Source: Chrysomallon squamiferum (lineage: Eukaryota; Animalia; Mollusca). From it: a DNA stretch of 64,000 bases. Shown one piece after another: positions 1 through 12,552 of this stretch. The notes under the pieces were generated by a model, which saw only the letters and a program-made list of their open reading frames with translations, was not told the DNA's origin and did no database searches. Where the stretch lies: positions 3,968,001-4,032,000 of the forward strand of contig CM022671.1 in assembly GCA_012295275.1 (NCBI GenBank), read 5' to 3'. Each line of letters opens with the position of its first letter. Within the stretch, counting starts at the first letter, position 1. Made by a program: the position numbers and the translations under genes.

Positions 1-719
1 ATGTGATATAATACTATATAGTGTAATATAATGATTCGATTTATAACTAATTCTTTTTCAAATTTAAAACCTATTATAACTATCATCGTTAATATCAGTA
101 TCATCATTTACTTTCCATAGTTTATAGTGGATAAAGAAGTAAAGATATTTTATCTTGGCAAGAGATTTTTCAAGGCTCGATTTTTATTTATTTGTGTCTG
201 TACTAAACGTAGACTTTCTCAAATTGGCTCTGGTGCCTGGCTTGGCAAACTGGGGTTTAGAGGATCGAGTTCGAGCGACACACTCAAGTGTTCCACCTGT
301 CACTCAACCGATATCTGGACGACTCCGATAATACCGAACTCGACGCTAAACCTTAAGTATCACGTGACGATGGCCCGTCTCGAGTTCCGGTTTGGTGTCA
401 GCATTCACAAGCTTTCTCTGGCGATATACTTTTGACACTTAAAATATTATTATTATTAAGAGAGGGGGGGGAAAGAGCGAGAGAGAGAGACTAGTAGTAG
501 TGGGGGGAATTAAAAAAAAAAAAAAAAAAAAGGCTATTAAATCGCGCGTTGATACCAGAGACTTTGCGATTCATTAACACATACGCTGGCGATAAAATAC
601 TTTTGACTCTTAAATTATTATTATTAAATATTATTAACAGAGAGTTAGAGAGAGAGGAGTGGTGGTAGGGGATAAGATTTAAATATTTAAAAAAAAAATA
701 AAGCTATTACATCGTGTTC

Positions 720-1351
720 TTATCAGACTCATGCATCTTTCGATACACAACAAAATACACGAACGTAATCTTGCAGTCTTATCTGCTGATAAGAACTCGT
801 AGGTTTCGCCTTGTCCGTTCTTCTCTTGTCTCTTCGTGGCTTAATTAACTCGCGTCGACCTCCTGCTACTTGTAATCTACTTGGCACAAGTGGGTTCTGA
901 GAGTTCTGTGTGCGGACGCGTCGAGTTGAAGAACTCGAGCACCGCCGACTTTTACTTCATCATCACGGTCGTTTATCACAGCCCTTCTTTCACGCACACC
1001 ATCGTCAACAGTTTACCCGAAGATAGCGCAGAAGCCCGCCTTATCTGAAGCTGTCGCTGGCAGCGTAGTTGTTGTTAGACTCTTCTTGACAGTGTGATGA
1101 CGTCGCCGAAGAGCTTCTGGGACGTGACCCCGCGAACCGTTTTGCTGTCGGTCTGCGTAAATATTTAAAAATATTGTGATTACGTTCGCTTATCGGTTGC
1201 ACGGGTTGACGGTTAGATAACGGTGCCGTTTTTCTTTTTGCTACCCATGACGCGAAGTCCGCCGGTGTTGAGGCAAAATAACATTTCACTGCCATCGTTC
1301 GTTATCCAAATAAGCCTCCGAATGTGTTTGTACCATCTGCGTGTTTTATCA
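720..1351. promoter_or_regulatory. Cluster of GATA (WGATAR) sites in a CpG-rich island, including an inverted double site
   Basis: WGATAR on either strand at 720, 779, 787, 973, 1021, 1041, 1215 and 1346; TCTTATCTGCTGATAAGA at 777-794. Confidence 0.5.
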
Positions 1352-1781
1352 CTGCATTAACACTTTAATGTACGTCCAAACGTAAATTTCTAGGTTTTGT
1401 GTACATCGGTGAAATATGGTTCGTCTGAGGTGCTTTCTTTTGTGAAGGGAAATTTATCTTTTGCAAACGCGTAATGTGTTGTTTATGTAAGGATCAAAAT
1501 TTATGTATTTTTAAAGTGGCTAAAGTTTAAAATGTAGAATAATAAAATATAAAAAGTAAAAAAAAAAAATAATATAGATAAGATCAAATTATTATTATTA
1601 TTATTTCTAATATAATTGTAAATTTATATTTTTAAACGTGAAATATGAATTCTACAAATTTAAGCAAGATATAACGTTAGCACTTGTATTTTCAGGGTTT
1701 CATACGTCAAGAGTTCTAATGCATTTATATTCTAATTTATTATTTAAAAGTCACCTTTTTGAGGTTTTGTGATACTGAATT

Positions 1782-1819
1782 TATCTGTCTATCGATCTAT
1801 CTATATATCTATCTATCTG

Positions 1820-1876
<57 letters not shown>

Positions 1877-1935
1877 ATATCTGTCTATCTATCTATCTAT
1901 CTATCTATATATCTGTCTATCTATCTATCTATCTA
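1782..1935. repeat. (TATC)n tetranucleotide microsatellite
   Basis: Directly visible; slightly interrupted. Confidence 0.95.
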
Positions 1936-2028
1936 ACTGGGGTTTTATGCAGGTACATATAGACGTATTTCAGTCAAATGCCTTTTTCTTTTGTATATTT
2001 AGTCAGTGGCTATATATATATATATAAT

Positions 2029-2090
<62 letters not shown>

Positions 2091-2189
2091 TGTGTCTCCA
2101 GGAGTCTACAATCAAGTGAAAAACAAAACACAACACACCATTTCAACGCGCGTAGCTCAAACATTTCACCCGTGTATTTTTTTTGAGAT

Positions 2190-3085
2190 GATAACCCAGC
2201 ATGACGTCACTCGTTAAATGAGCGTCAACCACAACGTTTCTTTTATTCCACCCCACTCGGCTCCTGCGGCGATGTCGTCGTCAACCCTCTCTCACGTGCT
2301 CAGACGACGTCTTGTGACCCACGTGGCGATGATGCCACGTTGTCGTTACGTAGCCCAGACGTTGGCGTACGTCTGTGTCTTTCTGTCGCTGTGTCACGGA
2401 TTAAGGATTAGCGTTCTAGCACGTGCAGACGTTGTTGACGTGTCTCCACGTAGTTGACAACAATAAAACAAAAATATAATAATTTGACATCTCTTAAGAG
2501 TTGTGAAACGACCTTTGTTGCAAAACGATGTTGTCGTTGGCAATACGTTGATGTTAAACCGCATCGTTCTCCATTGGTTTTGAAAAAAATGTCTACCAAA
2601 CAATGACGTCGCAGACGTGATTACGTCCGACTTGTTGTTTAACGCGGTTTGGCTCCTTCAGTAACGACGTCGTAAAAACGTCCCCCAGTTTTGCACTAAT
2701 CAACACAAGACGTAGATCACAACGTCGCAGCGACGGTGGCAATGTTGTTACTCAAGTCGTTAATGTCCAAAAACTCGCTGGCACCTCTCTCCAATGGTGT
2801 TGTAAAAAAAATGACTGCTATCCTTGTTGCTTCTAAACCATCTTACGTCTCTGCCCAGACGATGATGTCTCTCCGTTGTCTCCCACGTCGCTTACGTACG
2901 TATGGCTCCTGTCTACACCGGCTTTGGCATCTCCCAGCAGCGCTGTCGTAAAGTGTTCCCTTGTTGCTCTAACCCGCTTGTAAATGGAAGCTGCGAGTCT
3001 CGTTTTTCTTCAATAACAAGCCTCTCCGTCGCAATAAAGACTTCAGCGTCTGGGCAGGCTACTTTCGCCGCCTCGCTCTGGGTAT
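2190..3085. repeat. ACGT-dense, CpG-rich segment; possibly a decayed non-autonomous DNA element with internal sub-repeats
   Basis: About 25 ACGT tetramers in about 700 bp; 11-bp inverted repeat CTGCCCAGACG (2851-2861) / CGTCTGGGCAG (3047-3057). Element identity is inference. Confidence 0.35.
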
Positions 3086-3869
3086 TGTTTTACCCCCCAG
3101 GCTTCCCGTCTCGCGGGCCAAATTAGCGCGGGCTTGCCGCGATTTTTACACACGTAAATATTATTCTTCGCGCGAATGTTTATCCTTTCAATGTTACGAC
3201 ATTTTTATGTCTCCCAGTGTTTTTGCCGTTGAAGTCTTGGGAATTCAGCATTCATTGTTATTAACTGTTGGGGTTTTTTGGGTTTTTTTTTTTTTTTTTT
3301 TTTTTTTGCTGTATGTTTTTTCTTCTCCATTTCCTTTTTTCCTTTTGTTGTTTCTTTTTTTTTTTTTTTTTTTTTTTTAGTTTCATTTCATTCTGTTTTT
3401 TGCGTATTTATTTAGGCTTTTCCTCCAACAAATATTTGTATTAAATGAATGATGTACATGGCAAAATGTTGTTTGTTAATATTAACTTCTAAATTATCAG
3501 GACATTTCCTCAGTAGCTCTCTCTCTCTCTCTCTTTCTCTCTTCTCTCTCTCTCTCTTCTTTCTTTACTTTTCTCTCTCTCTCTCTCTCTCCTTTTCTCT
3601 GTTTTCTTTCTTTCTCTCTTTCTGTGTGTATTTGACAGTAGTAGCAGTTTTAAGAACAACAACAGCTGCATAATAGTAACAATAACTGGTAGAATAAAAC
3701 AAAACCAACAACAACAACAACAACAACGACAACAATAATACACCAATAACATTATGTACACATAAACACTATATTTTAACATACAAACATACACACATAC
3801 ACATATCTATATAAACTGCTATGTGTCCAAAACTTCACGTTTGTTTATTTTTTGTTCTGTGTGTTTCAG

Positions 3870-4015
3870 AAGGTCGAGAATGCGTCAACTGCGGTGCGAC
3901 GTCAACGCCGCTGTGGCGACGTGACGGCACTGGCCACTACCTGTGCAACGCCTGCGGCCTGTACCACAAGATGAACGGACAAAACCGGCCGCTTATCAAA
4001 CCAAAGAGACGACTG
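3870..4015 (+). CDS. GATA123: GATA1/2/3-class transcription factor (GATA2/GATA3/grain ortholog), N-terminal zinc finger exon; gene is 5'-partial in this window
   Basis: Encodes (E)[48 protein letters not shown], essentially the vertebrate GATA2/3 N-finger (CX2CX17CX2C). Pyrimidine tract and ttcag acceptor end at 3869; gtaag donor starts at 4016; 146 nt, phase 1 to phase 0. Confidence 0.97.
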
Positions 4016-4147
4016 GTAAGTTACAGACGCTATTTTTACTGTATGTGCGTGCGTGTGTGTGCGTGTATGTGTGCATATGTATGTATTTTATGTATGTATG
4101 AATGTATAAGTATATAAATGTACATTCGTCTATATATATATATATAT

Positions 4148-4189
4148 ATAGATAGATAGATAGATAGATATATAGATAGATATACATAT

Positions 4190-4236
<47 letters not shown>
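4148..4236. repeat. (AGAT)n tetranucleotide microsatellite
   Basis: Directly visible. Confidence 0.95.
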
Positions 4237-4582
4237 TGTATATACTACGTCCATTTGCATATGCTTGTAATTCTTCAGCTTCGTCTCCTAACGAAATAAC
4301 CTAATATATTTATATACCTGTATTATGTTGTGCTCGGTTTTATTTCTGTTGATATAACTTGATTACCTCTTATCCACCCCCACCCCCCCGTTCTTCCCGT
4401 CTCTGGTTTCAAATGACGTATTTAATCTTGTTGAATGTGTCTGCAAACGTGTTGTTTAAAAAGAAAGAAGACGAAGCCTCTTTGATTAATAACTGGTAAA
4501 CACATTAATGGCTGCAAGTCCCCTCTCTTTGACAGTTATATAGTAACCACCTTTCTTAAAAAATTATAAAAAAAATTTAAAA

Positions 4583-4617
<35 letters not shown>

Positions 4618-4653
4618 TGATTAACGTATAGCAATTGACAACGTAATGTACTC

Positions 4654-4684
<31 letters not shown>

Positions 4685-4747
4685 CAAAATATAATAAAAA
4701 TGAAACAGACAGCGAAATGTACATTTCATACCATTTGCTGACTTTTT

Positions 4748-4784
<37 letters not shown>

Positions 4785-5558
4785 TTTTGCACAATGCTCT
4801 CTCAGTATTGAATTTAACTGTTTGACAGTGATGATGTCGGAAAATGTTATAATCTTCAGACGGACATACACATTAGAGTCAGTAATTATTATTTATGTGG
4901 TGTGTGTTTTTTTGTTGTTGTTTTTTTTTTTTTTTTTAAATCGCCTGGTAGACGTTAGGGTTATTTTAGTTTTATGTCTTTTTTGTCTAAATGTTTTGCA
5001 TTGTAGGATTAAGTGACTTTTTTGAAAGAGGTTAGATTTTATATTATTTTAATTTTTTTTTTCTCATTATTATTATTATTATTATTATTGTTGTTGTTTT
5101 TTTGTTGTTGTTGTTGCTTCTGTTGTCTTCTTGTCTTTCTTTAATTTATTTATTTATTTATTTATTTATTCATATATCTCTATATCTCTCTATATATCTA
5201 CATCCATAGCTCCATACATTCAACTTTTCTATCCATCTAATGTTATTAATACACTTTAAAAACAAAAACAGCATCTCTTTCAGTCATTAACTAAATTGAT
5301 TTCACCGAGGCGGTTAACCCAAAGAAGTAAACAACAGCAAAAATAACTACATTGGTTTTTATTTTTTTTTTTTTTTATGATTAACCTGTGTTCAGGAAGG
5401 GATATTAAACAAACAAACGAGAAACATTCAAATAATCATTATCTCTGTTTTTTTTCCACCGGACAACACCAAACATAACATTGCTTTGATGTATATTTTT
5501 ACACGCTACATCAAACATGCATTATTTAAAACGCGTGCTTTGGAAAGAACAGATAGGG

Positions 5559-5599
<41 letters not shown>

Positions 5600-5917
5600 T
5601 TGTTCGTTTTTGCTTTTTAATTTTGAGACGGTTGATCGTTTTTTTTTTTAGATGTGTATTTGATAGGTGCCAATTTGTTGCATATTTTAAAAGGAAAACA
5701 TTCACACATGTATGTGTTTATAATTATACATACATAGTAGACACATACACAAACATATACATACATATATGCGTATATACTCACATATATATATATATCT
5801 TTTTCACTACTTTTATTTTTTTATTTTTATACATATGCAAATGTGCATTATATATATATTTACACACACATATAGACTATACTAATAAATACAGATAGAA
5901 AGATAGAAATAATTAAG

Positions 5918-5954
<37 letters not shown>

Positions 5955-6347
5955 CATAATCATAATAATCATAATCATAATAAATCATAATCATAATCAT
6001 AATAATCATAATCATAATAATAATCATAATGGTAATGGTAATAATAAATTATAATAATAATAATTATTAGAGCAAAACAAATAAGTAAACAGACAAACGA
6101 TTAATAATACTCTGGCAATTATATTAAAATTCCGCTGAGGATTACTAACGTATGTACTGTGTCTCTCGGTTACAGAATTAACCAGTAAAAGCGTCTTACG
6201 TTTCAGCGTATAGCGTAAACTCAACAAAGCCCGTGTGATTCACAAAGTTATAAATACTTCTCACTCGATAACGATCCTTCAAAGCTGCTAATCAAAAAAT
6301 AAAATAGAATAATATATATATATAGATAGAGAGAGGGGAGAGAGAGA

Positions 6348-6423
<76 letters not shown>

Positions 6424-6853
6424 TGAATAAACTGAACTGAGAAGAAAAATTATCCATTTTTGTGTTGGAGATATTTGACAAAACGCCAGGATCGAATCCA
6501 GTATAATCTGAAATTATATGGGTAGGGTTGTCATCACTGTGGTATAATTTAAAAAAAAAAAAAAAAAAAATAAAAAATTAGGTGACAAGTGGTATGTAAG
6601 TGAGTGGGTGGGTGAATGAGTCCCGTCACGACCCCACACCCCCTAGATCCGCCCAAGCGTACGAAGAGAGGCGCCTGTTTGGTGGTGTGGCCTCGCCTGG
6701 GTTATGAGAACTCGACGAAACACACAGACGTTTGTTAGACGTTTGAGGAAACCCAACACTCGCGACTTCTTCTACTGTTACAGCAAAAACAAGTCGCCCA
6801 TAACTCGCGCCTTTCCATCACTGCTCTTTATATCTTTAACGAGAAAGGTGCAT

Positions 6854-6957
<104 letters not shown>

Positions 6958-6967
6958 TAAACACACA

Positions 6968-7027
6968 GAGACTTCAGATAAACACATTTTCGAGTTAAAA
7001 AAAAAGAAAGAAGAAAAATGACAGAGG

Positions 7028-7065
<38 letters not shown>

Positions 7066-7160
7066 TGGAGACTTCAGATAAACACAAACACATTTTCGAT
7101 AAACACATTTTCGAAAAAAAAAAGAAAGAAGAAAAATGACAGAGGCTCTCTCTCTCTCTC
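6968..7160. repeat. Local tandem duplication (about 100-120 bp, 2 copies)
   Basis: GAGACTTCAGATAAACAC...TTTTCG...AAAGAAAGAAGAAAAATGACAGAGGCTCTCTC occurs twice. Confidence 0.9.
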
Positions 7161-8375
7161 TGTATAACAGTTTATTGATAATATTGTCACTGCGATTGAA
7201 ACTGGCGAGCTTGAGACGCCAAGTAAACGTATTTATAAGTTTTATATTTCACAAATCATATTTCACTTCTTTTTTATTTTCCACCATTTTACAGAAAGGA
7301 TCCACAGAACACATGTTTACTTAACCTTACTTCATTGCTTCGTTCTTTTTCTCGTCACAATGCGCACAAAGCAGACCCATTTGTTAACACGGTGCCGTTT
7401 TACGCATGTTATTGTCGCTTCCAATAGATTTCTCTTGCTGAACAAATTAATTACCTAGAATAAAATGTTAAGTAGGCAAAATTATGAGCTTACTGAAACA
7501 CCTATATACGCATATAAGAAGCCACGTTCCTATAATTTGTACGTATGTATGTATGTATATGTATGTTTGTATGTGTGTATGTATGTATTTATGTATGTAC
7601 CAACGTACGTACGCACATCATGAATTCATGCATGTACATACATACGTATTTACACACACACATACATAAATGCATATATGTGTGTGTGTGTGTGTATATA
7701 TATATACATATACATATACATATACATACATATATACAGATAGATAGACAGACAAAAATATAAATCCATATACTCATATTTGTTTTCTCCCTTCTATTTA
7801 TATCTTTCTCTTTTCTTCTCTCTTTCTCTGTCAGTGCCTTCTTTTTTTTTTCTTCCGGTAAATAATAATATAAACAAATAATAATAATATTATAAGTGCT
7901 CAGGATATACATGAAGTATATTTGCATTCCTGTTTAATTAACAACACTTAGTGAATGAGGTCATGGACAGGTCTGATGACGTCATCAGACGCGACAAACT
8001 GACTGCGTAGACGAATGACGTGTCCCGGAATCCGGAATCGAAACGTTAAAACAATTAACAATCAAATCTTTCTTAAAGTTGTCACTATTAAGTGCGAGCA
8101 TCTTCCTATTTGCATTTCCTTTTGTTAAGATTATTTGTGAAATATTTTTAAATCCCAGTTGTTCTTCTACTTCTTGGTCTTCGTCGTCATCATGGTCATC
8201 ATCGTCATTGTTATTTAAATTCTATAATTATTATTATTATAGTTATTACCATTTTATAGACATATATACATAAATGATGTCATTTATTTGTTTATTTTGA
8301 TTCCTCTTTTTTATGATTTATTAATATCTACCTTATATTTATTTTGTTTTATTAATTAATTTATTTATTTATTTA

Positions 8376-8376
8376 T

Positions 8377-8436
<60 letters not shown>

Positions 8437-8458
8437 CTAGCTAGCTAGCTAGCTAGTT
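8376..8458. repeat. (TTAG)n/(CTAG)n microsatellite
   Basis: Directly visible. Confidence 0.93.
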
Positions 8459-8530
8459 AATTAGTTTGTTAAAAATATTTCTAAGGAACATTGAAATTTA
8501 ATAAATAAAAATATCCACACACGCACAAAA

Positions 8531-8565
<35 letters not shown>

Positions 8566-8851
8566 ATGAATAAATAAATAAAATCCACATTTAATATACT
8601 AGTAAAATGTAAACCTACAAAAGTAGACATTTTGAATTTGTTTCTAATGTTTTATTTTCTTCTGGTTTTTTCAATTCCTTGCACTTGGCATATGCCAGCA
8701 ATTTTTCTAAATATATTAGTAAATAAAACCGCCTTTTATACGTTTTTATTGCCCTATAACTGTCAAACACAGACCAAAAAAAAAAAAAAAAAAAAAAAAA
8801 AATCTAAAATAATTTTAAAATAAACTAATAAATATTTCTGTTAAATTTACT

Positions 8852-8910
<59 letters not shown>

Positions 8911-9181
8911 TTTCGGTAAATATACAAAATGTGAAAAAGCGCATTAACATACGCACTCATAAACACACACACGCATGCACACACACACACACACGCACTC
9001 ACACACAAAACACAGACTATCTTTCTGCTTCTTAATGAAATAAATATATCATAGTAATTTTTAAGCATTCGTCTTACAAAACAGTAACATTAATCTTCAT
9101 TCGAGCATGATCCTTATAGTGAACATGTTGATATATCGCTTACAACTTATGGAATAAATCATGGCAGTGCATTTGTCCCTC

Positions 9182-9212
<31 letters not shown>

Positions 9213-9594
9213 GTTTGTCTTGCTCTGCTTGTTGAGTTAAGGATAATTTAGAGTAAAGGTCTTTATGTCGAATCATTTTTTTTTTTTTTTTTTTTTTTTT
9301 TTAATCGGAGCACAAGTCAAATTGCCTCTATGGCTTTTGTTTGACAGTTACAGTAACTCTAGCACGAAAACAGAATATACGTCACAGAAAACAATGCACG
9401 AGCTACCGGCGTGGGGAAACTGTATACGTTAATTTACCTTTCAAATTATTACCAAAATGCAAAACCTTTGCTTTTTCCCTCTGTGTCTCTGTGTGACTGT
9501 TGTTATAAATCACAGAAAGCGGCTTTCATCTGCTGCTCATTTAGATATGCAATAAGAACGAATTACTTTTACTGTGTCTGTGTGTGTGTGTGTG

Positions 9595-9676
<82 letters not shown>

Positions 9677-10546
9677 CACATACACGTACACACGCACATG
9701 TCTTACGCTATACAAAAATAACACTACATTAATCAGAAACCATCAAACATAAACAAAATAAAGCACACCAAACATACAACAACAAAATCAAAAACACATT
9801 AAAATCATCAAAATATGTCAAAACAACAAAAAAAAACCCATTAATCATAACATACAAAACACATAAACAAAACGCAAATTTATTATTTCAGTGCATCAAA
9901 CCAACAAAAATAACAACACATCAAAACTCATTAAATAAACAAACAAAAATAACAACACATTAAAAACATCAAAACTCATCAAATAAACAACACATCAAAA
10001 ACCATTTAAAAAAAAAAAAAAAAAAAAAAAAACCAAAACCCATACTGAAACAATAAATTACAAAACATCAAACACAGTAAAGAGCATATAAAACACAGTA
10101 ACGCAACACCACATCAAACACAGAAACACGCCACTCACCAGACTTGATGTCGTTAGTCACTTTGAAATCGACAACTTGTCTATCGCAAGCGGGCGCAGTC
10201 TAAATACGTGTCATTAGCTAATTAAGAAATAAGCATCCAGTAATTACTTTCAGTTGCACGGCTGAAATGTACCACAGTGTTTAGCCTCGATGCCGGAAGC
10301 GAAATCGACATGGAATATACGCGATTTATATAACGTAAAGACCGAGCTTCAGAACATACCCGCTGTGATTCGGGGTATCCCAAGATGTAATTAGTGCAGC
10401 CTGATTTAAAATCCGTTTAAATTTAGATTTGGGATAGTTGTGTTGTTCTGTTTGGGGATGAATGATTTTAGTTTCTTTTCAACTTTCTTATTATTATTTT
10501 TATTTTTATTTTTTTTTATTTGTGATTTTTATGTAGTTTTCAAAAC

Positions 10547-10577
<31 letters not shown>

Positions 10578-12552
10578 TTATTCTTGTATTTCGCGGTTTT
10601 ATTTAATATATTTATTTAATTATTATTATCATTAACATCATAATTGTTACTACTTACAATTTTTACTTCTATTTTATTACATGAATATTTTTCTCATGAA
10701 AATACAGTTAATATGTTTATGACTGTTTTGAATTTGCAAAATATTAAATATATATATATATGTTTATATATGAGTATACATATCTGTGTGTGTATATCTT
10801 TATATATATATATATATATATCTATATATATATATATATAACACTTATGTTAATCTGTCAAATATCCATAGCATTTGTAGATACGTATATTGATAATCTG
10901 ACCTTATATTTATTATATAATCACTCTCTCGTTTATTATCATAATTTTATTACTGAATCTAGCGTTAACAACAATTATCAGATTTATGTAAATGTTATCA
11001 CTATAATAAATAATAATAAAAACAGATATACTATTTACAGATATTTATAAATATATTCGACACGAAAAAAAAAAATCAACGAAACAATAATAAAATATAT
11101 ATATAGATGGACAGATAGATAGAACAGATATGTTTTCATGTTTTTCTGTGTGTTTGTTTGTGCATAACTATATTCATATATATAGATAGATACAGAGATA
11201 GAGAGATAGATAGATACATAGATAGATAGCTAGATTGATACAGGTATACACACACACTTATATAAATATAAATACAATTATATATATATATATATATAAT
11301 GATTGATTTTTCTGCAGTTCCCATTTCCACAATAAACAGTTCAATAAGCAATCTACATAATTAAATTCATAACGGGTTTTTTTTTTTTTTTTTTTTCTAG
11401 ATTGTAATAACATGTATTTGAATATATTTTTTTCTTCATGCTTCGACGAACAAGAAATCCTTTCCATGCTTTCATCATCCCCAGTTTGTTTTTATCGTAT
11501 TACTGCTATCGACAGAAAGCTCCGCTTGTCATTTTACATTTATTTTCATTCATGTAAATCGCAGTCTATTTGTTAATATATTTCTTTACAAGATTTTCTC
11601 TCTTGATAAATTTGCTTATCGAAAATTTAACGAAAGATGGTGATGATGATGATATCATTACTAACGACGATGATGATGATGATGTTGATAATGGTTCGTT
11701 ATTGACAATTTTTCTGTATCTTCGTTGATATATATATCTGTTAAAAATGTCAGAATCAAAAAGTAAAAATGAATGCTAAGTAAATAAATATTCAAATAAA
11801 TAAATAAATAAACAGTCATTAAACTTCACATCTTGAAATTTATAAAGCTTTTTTTTTTTGTTCAGATCTTTTCACATGAAATTTATTTCACAATCAATTG
11901 ACGTCATTCAATCTCTCAGTCTTTCTAATTTCAGCTGTCACTGTTTTTTAAAAATCAAATTCTTAGAACAAGATGTACATTTATCTGATTTTATATATCC
12001 TTACATCACAACAAAGATGTTTAAGCGAGTTTATAAATATATTTCCATATCACTAATATGAGTCACATTTTATTTAATGTGCCCGTTTATTAGTTTAGTG
12101 TATGCGACAACAAAATATGTATTTATTTATTTATTTAGTTAATTAATTAGTTAGATAGATAGTTAGTCATTTTGTTAGTTTATTTATTTTTTATATTTAA
12201 TTTGTTATTAATTTATTATTCATTTTGATTTCCATTTTATAATACAAAGCTCTTATTATCTCAAGTTTAACTAAATTTAATTTTTTTTTTTTTTTTAAAT
12301 TTAATTTTAACACAAATAAATTTATTTCAACAATGTTCTTTGACAATAGCCTTTCTTTCTTTCTTTTTTTGTTATTTTTATTTTTATGGGGTTTTATTTT
12401 TATTTTTTTTTTTTTTTGTTTCTTCTTTTTTTTTAACACGATCTATTTCAAAGCTAAAACAAAAACAATATTATCGTTTAGAAACCAGTACTTGATATTT
12501 TCCAGTAACGGCAAACTGGAAAGTGAAATGACCTGCTGCTCGCAGCAGCAGC

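Noticed and set aside
1-3869. Upstream GATA123 coding exon (transactivation region)
   Set aside because: No frame resembling the N-terminal GATA1/2/3 region with a phase-1 donor was found; it presumably lies before the window.
8376-8458. Interstitial telomeric repeat
   Set aside because: Unit is TTAG, not TTAGG or TTAGGG.
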